DNA of 64,000 bases, taken from Vairimorpha necatrix (lineage: Eukaryota). Within the stretch, counting starts at the first letter, position 1. Each line of letters begins with the position of its first letter. Below the pieces are notes generated by a model. That model was not told where the DNA came from. It saw only the letters and a program-made list of their open reading frames with translations, and did not search any database. Positions 12,911-27,891 of this stretch are shown here, in pieces. The stretch covers positions 682,001 through 746,000 of the forward strand of contig CP142729.1 of assembly GCA_036630325.1 (NCBI GenBank), in the 5' to 3' direction. The position numbers and the translations under genes are program-made.

Positions 12911-15249
12911 ATTCTACCTTTCGTATCATTATAGCAAAAAAAGTTAATGTTTAAATTTTGTTATATTGTAGTTAAGAAATTCTTTGATTAGATCTTCGCA
13001 TACCCTGCATATTAATCCAACTAAATATTATAGCGTTTAAAATATCTTATTCTTTACTAGTGAATATCATACAAAGCAAATATTTTATGTAAAATCTTAA
13101 AATCTGATCTTCCTCGTAAAAGTTAAAAATCTTATTGATTTGTGCTTTAAAAATAAATGTGAATAATGAAATGCACAAAATCTTATTCTGGTGTCTTTAT
13201 AAACGCTATGCGATGCTTTGTGTACAGTAACATACTATCTCTTTTCTAATATTTGTCAAAGCAAAAAGTAGTTGAAAAGATTCAATTTATGTTTGTATTT
13301 TTTTATCTTAGTAACAGAAAATAAGCAAAAGGTATTATAATATATTCATACATAAAAAATACTACGAAAGCGCAAAAGGCCGGAGAAGACAATTAAATGT
13401 CCCATAAATTGCAAAGACGGTTTTATTTTTGGGGTTGTTTGCATTTTTATCAGTCCAGCGTTTTATCATTCCTTGTTCAGTACTAAAATAATTATCACAG
13501 TTGATAATTTAAAGATCGATTCTTGTCTTTAATTACTCATTTGGAATGTCATAGTTTTTAGCTTTCCTTTAACTCTATGTTGCATCTTGTATTTTTCTAA
13601 TTCTTCTTTTTTCATTAAGTAAGCTTTGGCTAATTTTCTTTTTATCCCCCTCTCCTTACCAATATAAATACAGAATTTTTTATTTTTAGCCCTGTTTTTT
13701 AAAAGTCGAAGCGTCCAGAGCGGAAAGGAACAGAGAAAAATTTACAAAAGTAAAAAATGGTATTATAAATTATGATATCCTAAATATCATACGATATGTT
13801 TACTAACACTTCCCTCCAAATTTGACATCTTTCCCTCCAAGTCCAATACTTTTCCCTCCGATAAATATTTAAACATTCTACCCATTCAGGGGTACGAGAT
13901 AAATAAAGGACAGGAAACAAGAAGAATAACCAATACGATAAACAACCAAATAAATATTAATATTCTTGATATGTTCTTAAGTGGTGGATACCACAATAAA
14001 TATCTAATTTGAACATAGTTTATAAAAAATATATTATTTAAACCAATTTAATAATGTTTTCTAACAAACTATGAGTTAAATAGAAGTCTAAATTTGTAAA
14101 AATATGTTTTAACCTATTGCTTTCTTTTGTCATTACAATTAATTTTTTGCCAAAGAAAAAAAATGTTTATACACAGTTTATGTTGTTTAAAACAGATTCT
14201 AGGTTCGGTTATTCTTAGTTTGGTTATATTATTAGTCTTGTTTTTTAGGTTTTCATTGGTTTTTCAAGACCAACAGAGAATAATTATGTTATATTTATTC
14301 TCTTTAAAGAATTATTGAATCGTATGTAATGTCAATTTAATAAGATATGTTATATTTTAGTTCCAAAAGTAAAATATTACATGTTTGGAAAATTCTTTAA
14401 TTCTTAAAAAATATTCATTTATAACAGCAAATGAACCTTATATAATATTGTTTATATAGAGATTTTCGTTGTTATACATTGCCATGTACAATAAAGATAA
14501 ATCTTGATCAATAATTGGAAGAAGGAAATTTTTAAAAAATTAATAAAATAACGACAAAACAATTATTTTATTTTTGGTAAATATGCTATTTTATTACAAC
14601 TTTATTTTTTTGACTTTTGTTCCTTCACATTTTTTCCGCTTCGAATTTCGAAAAAAGGGATATTTTTAAAAAATTCTTAATTTATATTGGTAGGGGGGAT
14701 AAAGTGAAAATGCTCCTAAGCTTTGAAGTAATTGTTTCTCTTAATCATCAAGCTTAATATATATGGATGCACAATTTCATTTATTGTTTTTGTTTTTGCG
14801 GCTTTTTTTATGTTTTCATGCATAAATAGTATTTTAAAATATGGAACCTGCTTCTCAATTATTGTTTTCTTGATTTTCACATATATCATTTGGTATACTA
14901 TCAATACTTATACTTCCATTACAGTTTTTTAGACAACAAGACCATTTTATGAAAAAAGTCCCGGTTGATTTTTATGCGATTTGTAAGTTTTTGATAGCTT
15001 CAGTAGTTTATTTTTGATGCCTTACACATTAACAGATCTCTCTTTTTGATTTTGTATTTTTCTTTCATTTTCAATTTTAAGGGGGTTTCCTTAAAACTAA
15101 AGAAATTATAAATTTTAGTAAAAATCTAGAAAGTCTTTAATGTCATACAATTTTTTTTAAAAAGTTATAATATCTGTATGGTTTATTTAAAAAAAACTAT
15201 TATGCATCATATTATTATAATTTTTAGTTTGTGGTGTTTTTCCTGATGC

Positions 15250-16790
15250 AGTTTAATCGCTTCAAAATTCGTTTTTAATAGCTATTGGTTCGGATATTTT
15301 ATAATACGTTGGCGGACTTGTTTACAACCGAAGATTATGTCCACAGTAATCATAAATTTAATTAAATAAATTTGTGCGCGTCCTGCAATAATAGGATAGG
15401 CATTAGTGTAAGATGCTCTCGTGGCCGAAAAAGTATCGTCCTTGTGGTGACAGTGATACTTGAAAGTATCCGATGTTTCGACGCGTATTTAGAGCTGAAG
15501 CTGGTGTTAAGAGTCGGGGTTTCGAACTAATTGAGAGACTAGACGCAGTATGGTCCTATAATGTATCGTGAAACATATCCTACAACGTTTTGTTACACGA
15601 CGAGTAAATTAATTTTACATTCAAAAGGTGGTAAAAAATGCAATGTCCACAGTATATTAGATTGCTGAACCCTTTGAGTTAGTACGATTATATCTCTTCT
15701 CGGATTTCAGATGACCATGTCCGTTAAGTATTTTAACTGTAAGGGGTTTCTGAACGCAATTTGAGGTATAAATATAAGAGAATTCTTCTGGTCCAAGTCA
15801 AATGAATACGGTCGGAACTGGCCCCTTCAGATTGTTATATTTAGAAAAATTCAATAGATTAGAATCTCACAGTATAAGTTGGATAAATTTATCGTTCACA
15901 TCTCTGGGGTCCTTGTATAAGGTTTACTCCATCTTTACTTGAAAAGAAGACCTTACCTTTGTTATGCCTAAGCCGTTCGACAGTAGGGCAAAAATCTTTC
16001 AAAGCCTACATGATGCGTGTAGGGCTAGATGAGAAAAATCTACTATAAATCTTTATAGAATATACGAATTGTTTTACAATAATGGTTTTAACACCGAGCG
16101 ATTCGTACATAGACTGTCATGGGTCTGGGATCGTGGCATTAGCAGAACGCGGACCACCACTAGAACTTTTAGATAACACTTTATTTTTTACACCGCAGAA
16201 TTTATGCATAAATAGTTGTTATATTCTGCCTTCATTTTTTGTAAATCAGTCTACACTCAACTTTAACAAAAATTCCTTAATGTTAGATTTACTTATCTAC
16301 CGGGCTAAAAAAAATATACAAAGCACTGGAAAAGTAAAATATCAATCATAAAAAATAGAGGGCTGTTGAAGAAGTGAAACAGACCGACGAAACTGTTATA
16401 TTAAAGGGAAATTATATTTAATCTCCGTCGGGTAAAAACGACGCAGATAGAAAAATGTATATGATTGGTAAGGATAATAGACGAGCAAACGTTAGAATTG
16501 AGAATTGAAATAGTACATAGGCGCAAGAATATAAGACCATGACACCGGTTTTGGAAAAAACGATTTGTATAACTGTGGCCAGAAATACTGTCCCAAAGTA
16601 GCGGAAACATCAATGGCGATCAATCGTAGTAATTCACGATGAAGGGTTTAAAAACAAAATAGGAGAGGATACAAAACTAATATAAAGACCTGGTTCCTCT
16701 TTAATGTGACATTATAACTGCATGGGATTTAAAGAAAGTACAATCCTGGATTTCTATAAATAATTTAGGTGCAGAAGAAGGGGAGCGATA
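15250..16790 (+). pseudogene. Highly decayed Helitron RepHel fragment (post-Rep to start of helicase)
   Basis: + strand fragments in the expected order resemble Helitron motifs: G.DRALV (about 15395), YLKVSDVSTRI (cf. RYISxxEAxWRI), FQSLHDACRAR (cf. TFxEACxARG), TPQNLCINSCYIL (cf. PxQLRxLFxxIL). Matches are weak. Confidence 0.45.
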
Positions 16791-18599
16791 ATAAAAACAT
16801 TGAGAGTTTCAGAGAGTTAATATTTGAAGTTATCAAAGTCTTCATGGAATGAAATGCTTTTGTATTTTTTCTCGTCTCTCTCTAAAAAAGCCCTCAAAAT
16901 GAAAAAAAGTGCCTAGCTTGTTGCGCCATGTTTTTATACTTTTGTATTTTTCAAATTTAATAATTTATTCTATTATATTTTCATATAACTATGTTTTTAC
17001 ATTTTTGCATGTATTGTTTGGATGTTAACATATTTTCTAAAATTTATGAATTTCATTATAGTTTTTCCCTGTTAATTATTATTTTGATGTTATTTTTTCA
17101 ATTGTCCTCTTTAATTATTTTTAAGATTTTTAGAAAATTTTATGTAAGAAAATAGTACCTTTGCGTTTGTTTTGGTAGTATTACTTCATAATTAACAAGA
17201 TATTTTAAAACAATAATAAACTAATATTCTAAATACAAATTTCATTATTTACATGGTTATTACATTTTTGTCTTTTTAACATAACGTATTCCCCATATAG
17301 TCATTCATTGTGTATACATTGTATTTTTTTTATTTTCCATTTCACAATACAATAAACAAAAATATTTTAATTACATGAAGAATAAAAGATACAATGAAGG
17401 AAAAATAATGAATGTAATGATTTTTAATTATTTTAATGTAATTAGTATTGACGTCCCTAGTTTAGTTCATAATGAAAGCTCGCTTTGACTTCATTGGAAC
17501 TTTAGAAATAAAAGATTTTAGTGTGTATGTCCAAAGATTACAATAGCCTTTTATTATCATCATCTCTTTTTTAAAGTTGAGCTTTACATAATAGATTTAA
17601 ATCTATGGCACATCCTTCTCCTTAGCATCTTATTGGTGTATTGTTGTTATAGATAATAAGTTTTAGAAACTAATGACTTCTTGCATCAATATAGTAATAC
17701 ATATCACAAATTAAAAAAATCAAATTGTTTTACAGACCTTTATTGAAATTATAAATAAAAAAGATTTAAAAATAAAATATAATATTTACCACTTATTATA
17801 TTGTTTTTAAAGAATTAAAAATTACTTACGTGATTTAGTATTCTCATCTGTACAAACAAAAATTTCAGTTTACACAATAGCTCTAAAAAATAACAAATAA
17901 AAAATCAATATTGTATCGGCTTCTTATTTTCTCCTGGATTTCATCCTCTTATTAAAAACTTATTTTTTATTTGATTTTAGATATTATGTTAGTTCAATGA
18001 TTTACTAACTGTTCATATCTTTCTATTTATAGCATGTTTCTAAAGTATTCTTTTGTTTATTTGTTTGTTGACGTGTTGTCTCGTCGTCGCGGAAATATTT
18101 GGCATGTGATTTTTTTGACATCTATACATTTGGTGCTGGCAATTACATCGCAAATACATTTAAGAGTATCACATTGATCAACGTAGAGTTTTTTTATATT
18201 ATAATTCTTCATCTCAAATAAAAAACAAGAATAAGTGCAAAAAAAGTGTTCGTTATAATATGCTGAGATTTGACTAAAGATTTGTAAAAATTTTTTCTCG
18301 GTTGCTACTTGTTCATTTCTTAAACTCTAAACTTTATCATATTTGAATGTACGTACATCACATTAGTATTTTAGAAATATTTTTCTTTGTCTGTATATTT
18401 TGAATTTCACCTTAGTTGTATTCGTTTTATATTACTATACTGCTCTAGTACTCAATAATATTTTCCTAATACAATATATTAAATGTCAATTTTTGATTTA
18501 TATACACACAAACAAACAAAAATTTGACAGGTATGGAAAAAACAATAGAAAAAGCAGCTAAATATAGAGATAAATGTTTTTGTAAATTTTTGTTACAAA

Positions 18600-19400
18600 T
18601 TGAGATGTTCGAAAAAAATGATTTTTTTGACATTTAATTTAAGGACTATAAATATTCATAAAAAATTTGCCCCTTGTATTGTTTCTCGTTATGACGAGGA
18701 AAAATGAAAGTTCCAATTTTTAGCATGACATTATTAATATGAATATTCATTTATGTTCATTGGATAGACGTGGTGTGTAATGTACTTTCGTTATATTCTA
18801 TCAAATTCTTTTTTTCGTGATAATACCAGATAAACCTGTATTTGATTCTTCCTCATAGAGATTGTCTATGAGGATTCCATGAATAAGACCTATAATTTCT
18901 GAATCATAGGCATATTCTTTGTAAGATTTTATCAGCTTGTTTATTGAAGTGTTTGATAGAATTTTATTTTTGTAAAAGTTAGTAATATGTGAGTAGATTG
19001 TTTTTATTGTATCGACAATTAATTTTTTTTTTCTCGTCGATTAATTCTTTTGCTTCATCAACTGTCGCCTTTTCTTTGTTTATATTGATAAGTTCTATGT
19101 TTGTTGTTTTTGTTTTGTCATCTTTTTTCTTTAAAAAATTCAAATATTAAGTTATTCTTTTTTTTGAGACAGATTTTTATCACTAATCCTTGTTCTTGAT
19201 TTACCAAATCTTCTTCCTTTTGCAAAAAGTTATCTTGTTGGAAAATGCGGTACCTGGGAAACCTTTTTCACGAGCGAATACCACTTTTTAGTGTTTTTAT
19301 TACTTTAAGCGTTGGCCTTTTGCGTGTTTTTCGTCTAATCACCTCATTTTGTTCTCTTGTTGTCCGCCCTTATTTTTATGAAAATTAAAAAAACAAATAA
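18600..19400 (-). pseudogene. Possible very decayed Tc1/mariner-like transposase
   Basis: Only faint minus-strand motifs (VDEA about 19055, GLIH about 18885, YNESTLH about 18785) in plausible order. No TIRs found. Confidence 0.25.
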
Positions 19401-20002
19401 TTTTCTAGAAAATTCATTTTTTAAGCAGGCAAAAATTGATAGGTTGTAGAAATAATACAGTCTACAACGATAAAAAAAATTCTCTAGCCTTCTCGTCGGT
19501 GTCTTTCTAGACATTTTGCAAAAATATTTAAATACAAAGTATCTTATAAAATAATCTTTAACTTAGAAAATTTGGTGTTCTTGCCGATGAAACATCTCTG
19601 ATGTATGGCTTTAAATATATCTTTATTACGTATGTGTTAACATGGGACGGGTGGTTCCTAAATCTCATGAAGTGCACCGAAGAAGACTCGACATACCGAT
19701 ATTCTTCCAGGCGTATATCCAATTTCTTGCTCTGTTAAGATTTTTAAAAGTTTCTTTTTAAATATAAAAGATTGGGAGATCTATGAAGTAATGTGATGAC
19801 GAGAGACTTAGAGTTAATCATCTCTACTCATAAAGAGATGCATATGAAGACGGAAATAGAGACAAGAGAAGGGAAAAGATGCTTCATTAAATAAATCTTT
19901 TTAGATATCTTTAATCATGAAGAGTACTATGAAAAATTATTTATTTATGCATATAAAATTAATTAATGAGTAATATTTGCAAAAATTTGTCAAAATAAAA
20001 AC

Positions 20003-23000
20003 TGTTGTAGTCGATAAAAGATTAACCACTCATATTCTTACAGATGAATAGATTTGATTTACTGTTAAATGTATTTGGAAACATTATCGAAAAGGATAGG
20101 AAATATGAATAAACAAATTGATATGTCGGATACATCACAAGTAAACCAAAAGAGTTATATAACACAAAAATAATAAACACAATGCTGGTGCTAGAATTTT
20201 TAGGTGGACCAAAGAATAATATAAAATTGAATTGGTTGTAAGCTTATTGGAATTGCATTTTTATGGGCGTCTCAACCCCAGGAGGGAAATGGAAACATCT
20301 AAGATAGTTCATATATGAAAATTTTCGAGCCTCATAAAGACAACGATATAACTTTAAACAGTTAGGGTTTAATAACATTACAGGGATGAAGATAGATTTG
20401 TCGCAGATGTTGCAAAAAGCAGCAGTGCTATTCGAGAGATCCTCTTTTAAATTTAGACGCTTTGTGTCAAATTGTCAAACAAATAACCAATGGAGATAAA
20501 AGCCTTTTTATACTTAAATACCACTACAGTTTAGACTTGTCGAGGAGATGAGTTTATTCTATGCCCTAATAAGAAGTAAGTAGGAACCAAGCTGCATGCC
20601 GACGTGGGCAGAGGGCACAACACCAAAGTTCAACACGAAAATGGATTTTACAGAAAGACAAGCTATATAAACCATTCGAGAAAAAATAATAAACAACGCA
20701 CACTTCACAAATAATGTAATTATTTTATTAAAGATTATAAATAACTAACCATTATTTTCAGTACGAAAAGAAAACCTTTAAAAAAATATATAAATGCATT
20801 AGATGAATATGACAGGATGAGAAAAGCCATGACAGTAAAGAAATTACATTTTTTTATATATTCAAGAAGTTTTGAACCTTTTTTGTATAAGTTGCCTTTT
20901 TAAATGAATAAAAAGGTATTATATACCGGAGCAGATGTGCGAATAAACCATAACAATCCTCCTTTGGTAAAAAGTAATTTGAATATAGGATATAATGGGA
21001 TAGTAAAGAATATGGGAAAGGAAATAAAAATAGACCTGCTTAATAGACTCTAAAATTGAAATCAATGGAAAATGCGAGATTTTTTCACCCCTAATAATCA
21101 AATGACATTAAATATGTCATTTTAGTTAAAAATTTGATCTTAGACGATCTATATGCCCCCAAATATAGAATCTACTAAATGTCAAACTTTATTTGTGAGT
21201 TAGAAGAGAATTAAATTTTAAAAGAGTATAAAGACGATTTTTAAAAAGAATAGGCTACTATAATCTTCGAACAGAAAGCATTGATCTAAGACAGACAAAC
21301 AGTACAAAAATAATTTATAAAAAAGAACGAAAGGATACCAGTGTCACAAGAAGAGGCCGTAAACGAGGCAACCATTAAACTCCTAGAACTTCGAATTTTA
21401 AGGAAAGCATGAGCCATGGTGTGGCAGAATATTGACAGTACCGAAACCAGGTTAAACATCCAGAAAGTGCGTAGAATAATAAGAGCTAGAAAGCATAACA
21501 GCTAAGTGCGCATACATGACTCCTGAAATCGAAGCAATTTTCGACAGTCTATCGCTTGCAACAATATTTACAATAGATGAAACTAGTGCTTTCCATAAAA
21601 TTCCTTCACAAGATAAAGACATGTAAAAAAATAACATTCTTTTGTATGGAACAAGTTACAATATAACCGTATGCATTTCGGACTTTTTTTTACGCTTCGA
21701 CAACATTTTAAAGTGCAATAAACAATTTATCTAGGAAAAAAACTAAAATTTTGTGATCCTATACTTAGATGGTAAATAATATGTTCATAAAACAAAAAAA
21801 CAATAAAAAACATATAAAAATAATATTTTGAAAAAAATAAGAGCAAAAAATTTAGCGCTTAACTGCAAATGTATAGATTTTTTGTATCAAAAAGTAAGTT
21901 CTTATTGCGTCATCGGAAATCACATTATCAAGGTAAACGAAACGCGCATTTAGATATACATGCATACCCAAATTCTCTACATAAAAAAAAAATTGATTTT
22001 TTGTGAAAAACTAATCATTGTATGGATTTTGTGACAAATATTGCAGAAATTATAAGACTCTTGGACAACGTACTATAAGGCAGAAATCAAACTACTGATA
22101 AAAAAAATTAAAATCAAGTCAAAGATCAGAATAATTAAAACCGTTAAAAAGTACTAAACTATAATACAATACTGTTGCAGGCAAATTTAAGGCTTTTTCA
22201 TAAAGTTAAGGACTCATTTGAAACGGGAATCGGAGCAGTGAGCCTGCAAAAGAACAAATGTTAAGCTGAAAAATGATTTTGTCTTTATAAAGAGACTGGT
22301 TAATTGTCAGAAGAATTATTCAATTACCAATAAGAACTTATGGGCTTGTTTGAAGGACAGAGCAATTCATAAATTACATTTGGGGAGCAAATTTACGTTA
22401 AGAACAAACCATAAAGCTCTAATCATCCATGGAGAGCAAGGATCAACAAGTAAGATTCCAGGTGAGCACTCTTATTGGCGTAATACGATTAATTTGAAAA
22501 AATAAAAAAAAAGAATAACATAGCTAATCGTTTAGCAGATTCCAACAATATTGTGAAAACTTGTAACTTTGATATACATCAGTTATCGAAAAATAACACT
22601 ATTGAAATACTTAAGAAGTATCATAAATTTCTTGCCATGAGACATCGAACATCATAAAATTTATGATTTCTCGGCCGCAAAAGTGGAAAATTATACATCG
22701 AGACATAATAAAAATTTGTAAGTAATTGCAAAACATGTTTACGCTCGAGATATCAACTCATTAAACAAATAAGATGCTAATACTTTCAAAAAACCTAATC
22801 AGCTTTGGGTATTTAATCTGACAATGAAACTTTTTGGACAACAATGGAAGTGTATACATATTTGTAGCGATTAATCATTATATTAATGGGTAGAAAAGAC
22901 GATTTTGCGGAGCAAAAATAGTTGTGAAATTTATAAGCAAATCGAGGAATTGATAATCAGTGAGCATGGGTTATCAAACAGAATCTTGACAGACAACGGT

Positions 23001-23666
23001 CTAGAGTTTGGCAACTTTAAAGTACATGCATTAAGTACTATATAAAATATCATTGAATAGTGTTCGCCATACCATCACCAGACTTTAGGACCCGTGGAAA
23101 GGGCCATGCAGACATTGACATACAAAATTATAAAATTAGCAAGTTATGGCTAAATTTGACTGTATAAAAAATTTCAATGGTTACATTGCAGTATATCTAT
23201 CGTTTCAAAGATCAAAAAACAACGTTGTACATTTTAAATATAACTATAACATAATAACAGCAGTATATGAGAGAATAAAAGTTACCTAAAGACCTATACA
23301 AAGCAAGAACTTTTGTGGAAGAGGGACACAAAGTTTAAAAAACAATATAAAAATCGTAAGGAAAATGGAAATAAAGCAGAAGTTAAAAGTTAGATAAAAT
23401 GTTCAAAAATACAGAATTAATTCTGGAATTATCAAATTGGAAGCTTTATGGTCATTTGGCTACGCTATTGTCAGAATAGCAGGTGAAGGGCTATTTTTAG
23501 TGAAAAAAAGTCATCGAGCGAATAAAACTTAATAGAAGCCATATGTAAAGGATACGTCAAAGACTGGCTAATCATATTCTTACCAATGGACCGATTTGAT
23601 TGAAATCAAAAGTATTTAAAAGATTCCCGAAAATGGGAATGGAAAAGAACAAATAAGGAATTGACA
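20003..23666 (+). mobile_element. Old decayed Gypsy copy related to 48628-52656
   Basis: LTR-like ends (20003 to about 20123; about 23565-23666 ending TTGACA) resemble the 124-bp LTR. Internal blocks align with that element (gacaacggtctagagttt, tgttcgccataccatcaccagac, gatacgtcaaagactg). Confidence 0.85.
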
Positions 23667-24489
23667 ACAGATATAAACAAATCAAAATAAAAATGTAAAA
23701 ATGTTACTTTCTGATATAACTTTTGTTTATACTTTTATTTCAGAAACATTTGACATCTAAAAATTATTATTCATAAAAAAATGTACAGATAATCAAGTAA
23801 ATTTTAAGAATATTGGCCATTAATGTAAATAAGTAAATATTACAATATAAATAAAAAATTTCAATGTTTTGATTTTGGAAAAATAATATTATATTGCTAG
23901 AGTATAAAAATAATATTAAATGTTCTCAAATAAGAAAATTCTTTTAGTTTGTACATTGTTAACGTATATAAATTATTGTACTAATTGAAAACTGAAATGA
24001 CTGCAACTGACAGTTAATGATAAACGATTTTTTCCTTAGTATTATTTATACAACAAATACAAAAATCTAGAAAACAAACCTTTTGTATTTATCAAAACAT
24101 CGAAAACTACATTGATATCGTTTAAAAACCAAAATGCCGTGACGTTTATTGTATAAAGTATTTAATTTTTGCATTTCCAGCTTAATTTCTGAAAAACAAA
24201 AGAAATTTTTTGTTTGATTAAAAATTACAATATCGGAATAACAAATTAAATAAATGTATAGATAGTTTTACATCATTACGCAGAATCCATAATATATCTT
24301 ACATGCACACGTATCCATTATAGAATACAATGGTTTGTCGTAGTGCTAATTTTTTTGGAAAAGAAAAAGCAATTAAATTTGACTTTAGAGAAATGGGGAT
24401 TATTGTTATTTTATATATTTAAAAACTTTATTTTATCATCTTCATTAAACTTATAACTAAAATCAGCATTAAAATACAAAAATAAAGGG

Positions 24490-25310
24490 GGTCGAAATTT
24501 TTAAAAAATTGCCCCTTTTTGAAAATAATGAATGGGATGTTAAAAGGGAAAGCGTAAACTTTCATATGTGTTCAGCAAACAAGAAATACAACCAGAAATG
24601 TATAAATTGTATTGGGATAAGCTATAATTCCATACGAAACATCTTTTTTGATGTGTAAAGTTTGAAAGTGAAAACATAGATTTGTAAGTTGAAATAATCC
24701 CTTATTTGTTAACGCTTTAGTAGAACATTTGCCCATGTTAAAATGGAAAATAAATGGATTTTGTGAATTAAAGTAACTTAAATTTTTAATATTTTGAGGG
24801 GCAACATACAAAATGTTAGCTATTTTTTACAAATCGTTAAAATTTAAATTTTTCAAGTGGCATTTTAAAAAAACGAAACTGATATGAGGCGAAGATATTG
24901 TTGTGGAGATAGAAGAGATTGAAAATGGAAAAATTCAATAATTGGGAAGGCTTGTTAAGAGATTTTGGTATTTCGGGATTTAATAATCAAAGCAAAGAAG
25001 ATAGTCTTCGTTTTATCAAGAAAAGAAGCAAGAATACGCTGCCTTAATTATGTTTAGCATGTAAATTTTAAATCCGTCATTTATTTGGATTGTGATAGTT
25101 ATATTTAACTTTAAAAATCATTATGCTGATCATATAACTGCGAATTACAGTCAAGTATAGCGACACAGAGACAGTTGTTCATACAAACACCATCGAAGAG
25201 AATTTTAGATTTTAAAGGCTCTATGCAAAATATGTATTGACATATGGACTTGCTAAATATTTTTCGACGCTTTGTATGATTAAAAAATATGAGCCTAAAA
25301 CCTTTAAAAC
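24490..25310 (+). mobile_element. Decayed Merlin remnant, abutting the LTR element at 25311
   Basis: GEDIVVEIEE (about 24888), FWYFG (about 24964), VVHTNTIEE (about 25174). Confidence 0.6.
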
Positions 25311-27891
25311 TGTGGTATAACGGATAATACCACATGGTTTATAAATAACCAAAGAACACTAAAACGTTGATGCTTTCAGGAATGATCAATGATAGTCAGT
25401 TATTATTGGTCATCCTTATCACATTCCTTTTCTACTGTTACCATGTAATATAAATAAAGAAATTCCATAAACAACATGGTACAACATCCGAACAATAACA
25501 AACACTCTTTCTTATACAAATCAGATAAACAAAACTCTTTTCATAACAATAAACAATCAATTCACTCTAACTCTTTTAACTCCGGTTTCACGGATCCCCA
25601 AACCGTAGCATCATTGAATGCTTTCTTGCCACAGGCAAGCTTCCCGGTAAACACGCCAATTTGAGCTCAAATGGCTATACGAAAAAAGAGTTCTTATCTG
25701 AAAATAAACATTCCTACGCTGAATTCACTCGAACCGTAGAAGGAACCGAAACTACCATCAGAGAGCACATTCAAAAAATCTATAATATTAAAACAGAACT
25801 TTCGCTCAGAAATCTAAATGATTTTAAAACACTTTCCAATTATAACAAGTGGAACGACTCCTAAGCAGGACAAATCTACCATAGTTTAATTTACGATAGC
25901 ATGTACAAAGAAAAACTTGCTAAGAATAGCTATATTGCTCTAAGAAAACAGCTTCTTGATATACTTTACCCAAAAACAAAATACAGAATACTTTCTAATA
26001 AAATAGATAAAATCAAGCAGACGGACTATAAAACCATAAACGAATATATGGACAAAATTTTAAAAGAACTTTAAGGATATATACATGTCAATGAATTGAC
26101 TAGGAAGGAGGTAGAAAGAAAACAAGAAGAAATTTTCTTTAAAGGTCTTGGTACATACACCACAAAAAAAATAAAAGGCCAAAGACTTAAAACGGCATCA
26201 TTTGGAGAAGTAATTAATTTTTTTATCGGAATTAGAAGATACTAACATAGCACAATTTACAGATGCGAAACAATTCTGTGCAACTACTATATCTGATTCT
26301 AAAGTAAAAAAAAGTTTTTCAAACAAAAAATGGTGTAAGTATCATCAATCAAAATTTCACAACACAAAGGACTGTTCCTTGCACACGAACGATAAAGAAC
26401 ATAAAAAGAATTTATTAATTACTGAAATAAAAACGAATACATCCGATGGAATTAAAATTTAGGAAAAAACAATGTAGCAGCAGACACATTTTCACGGCGC
26501 TTTATAATCCAACCAGCATCTCTAAGAACCCAATATGAAAATGCTGTCAAAGAATCATGAATCTATAGAAATGAGAAGTTGCTTAAAAATCGGAGTGGAA
26601 AATATATTGCCAAACAAAATTATATTGCACAATTTTTAAAAACCATTCACAAAATTTCAGGCCACAGAGGTATATTTAACGTTATATAACAACATTAAAA
26701 GATACTTTCATATCAGCAAAAACGTAAAACACAAAATCAATATTGGTCAAAAGGTGCAAAATATGCAGAAATTACAAGATTATAAATAATAAACACCAAC
26801 AAAAAGTTAAAATGGAATCATCGGGGCTATATGAACGAATATCGACGGACATATTCGGACCGTTCAAATATTACTAACAAAAAGACAATTCAACTCCTGA
26901 GGAAAAGACAGGATATATTCTGACTATATCAGATATATTTTCAAGAGAGAGCAAATTATTCTTCTTTAAATCTATTAAAGCAAGACAAATAATTTAGATG
27001 ATAGATCACTGGACAAAAATAATAGAACAGCCTAAGCACGTAATATCAGATAACGGCAGGCAATACACGTCTTCAGCACTAAAGAACTATTTTAAAGAAG
27101 TAAGAATAAATCATATATTGATACCTACATAAACACCCAAATCTAACGGAATCTCATACGAATAAATCAGACCATCGCATTTATATTATCCATAAATTAA
27201 AATTAATGTATATTAAAAACAGTTAAAGCAGCCGAGGAAACTCTTAACATAAACTATAATAAGAAATTCGGCCTCTCATATATGAAAGTCAATAAGCACG
27301 ACTTCTATGACATTGAGAACAGGCCACAAGCATCCACACAAAAGAAAAACTCTATTAAACACATTCCACCTCTCATGAAGGGAGATATAGTTTATAAAAG
27401 AAATTTATGCGCCTCTAAACTTGATCGTAATTATGGATCAAAAAAATAATTGAAGAAGTTGGATCTAAAGGAAATTAGGTACGACTTAAAAGTGATAGGA
27501 CATGGACGCATATTCGAAATTTGAGGTTCTGAAGGGGGCTAGTATGTGGTATAATGGATCATACCACATGATTTATTAAACCAAAAATACTAAAACGCTG
27601 ATGCTTCTTCAGAACGATCAGTTATGGTCGACTATTATTGGTCAGCCGAATCTTATTTCTTTCTATTGGTTACTATATAATATAAATAGAGAAATTCCAC
27701 GAACAACATGGTACAACATCAGAACGCAAACAAACACTCTTCCTTCTACAAATCAGATAAACAAAACTCTTTTCATAACAATAAACAATCCTTTCCCTTT
27801 AACTTTTTTCACTCCGGTCTTCACGGCACCCTAAACCTTAGCATCATTGAATGCTTCCTTGCTACAGGCAAGCTCCCCGGTAAACACGCCA
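25311..27891 (+). mobile_element. Non-autonomous Gypsy derivative: LTR-gag-integrase-LTR, lacking PR/RT/most RNase H
   Basis: Direct repeats of about 347 bp (25311-25658, 27545-27891); purine tract GAAGGGGG before the 3' copy. Gag-like region ending WCKYHQSKFHNTKDC runs almost directly into GKNNVAADTFSR (RNase H end, about 26461), then integrase (H..H/C..C, TDIFGP, SDNGRQY, SNG). Confidence 0.85.

Noticed and set aside
13700-14650. Possible MITE with TCGAAGCG...GGAACA inverted ends
   Set aside because: Similarity too patchy and no TSD.
25582-25640. Hammerhead ribozyme on the minus strand (TGATGC...stem...GAAA)
   Set aside because: The core deviates from CUGANGA and I could not build stems I and III.
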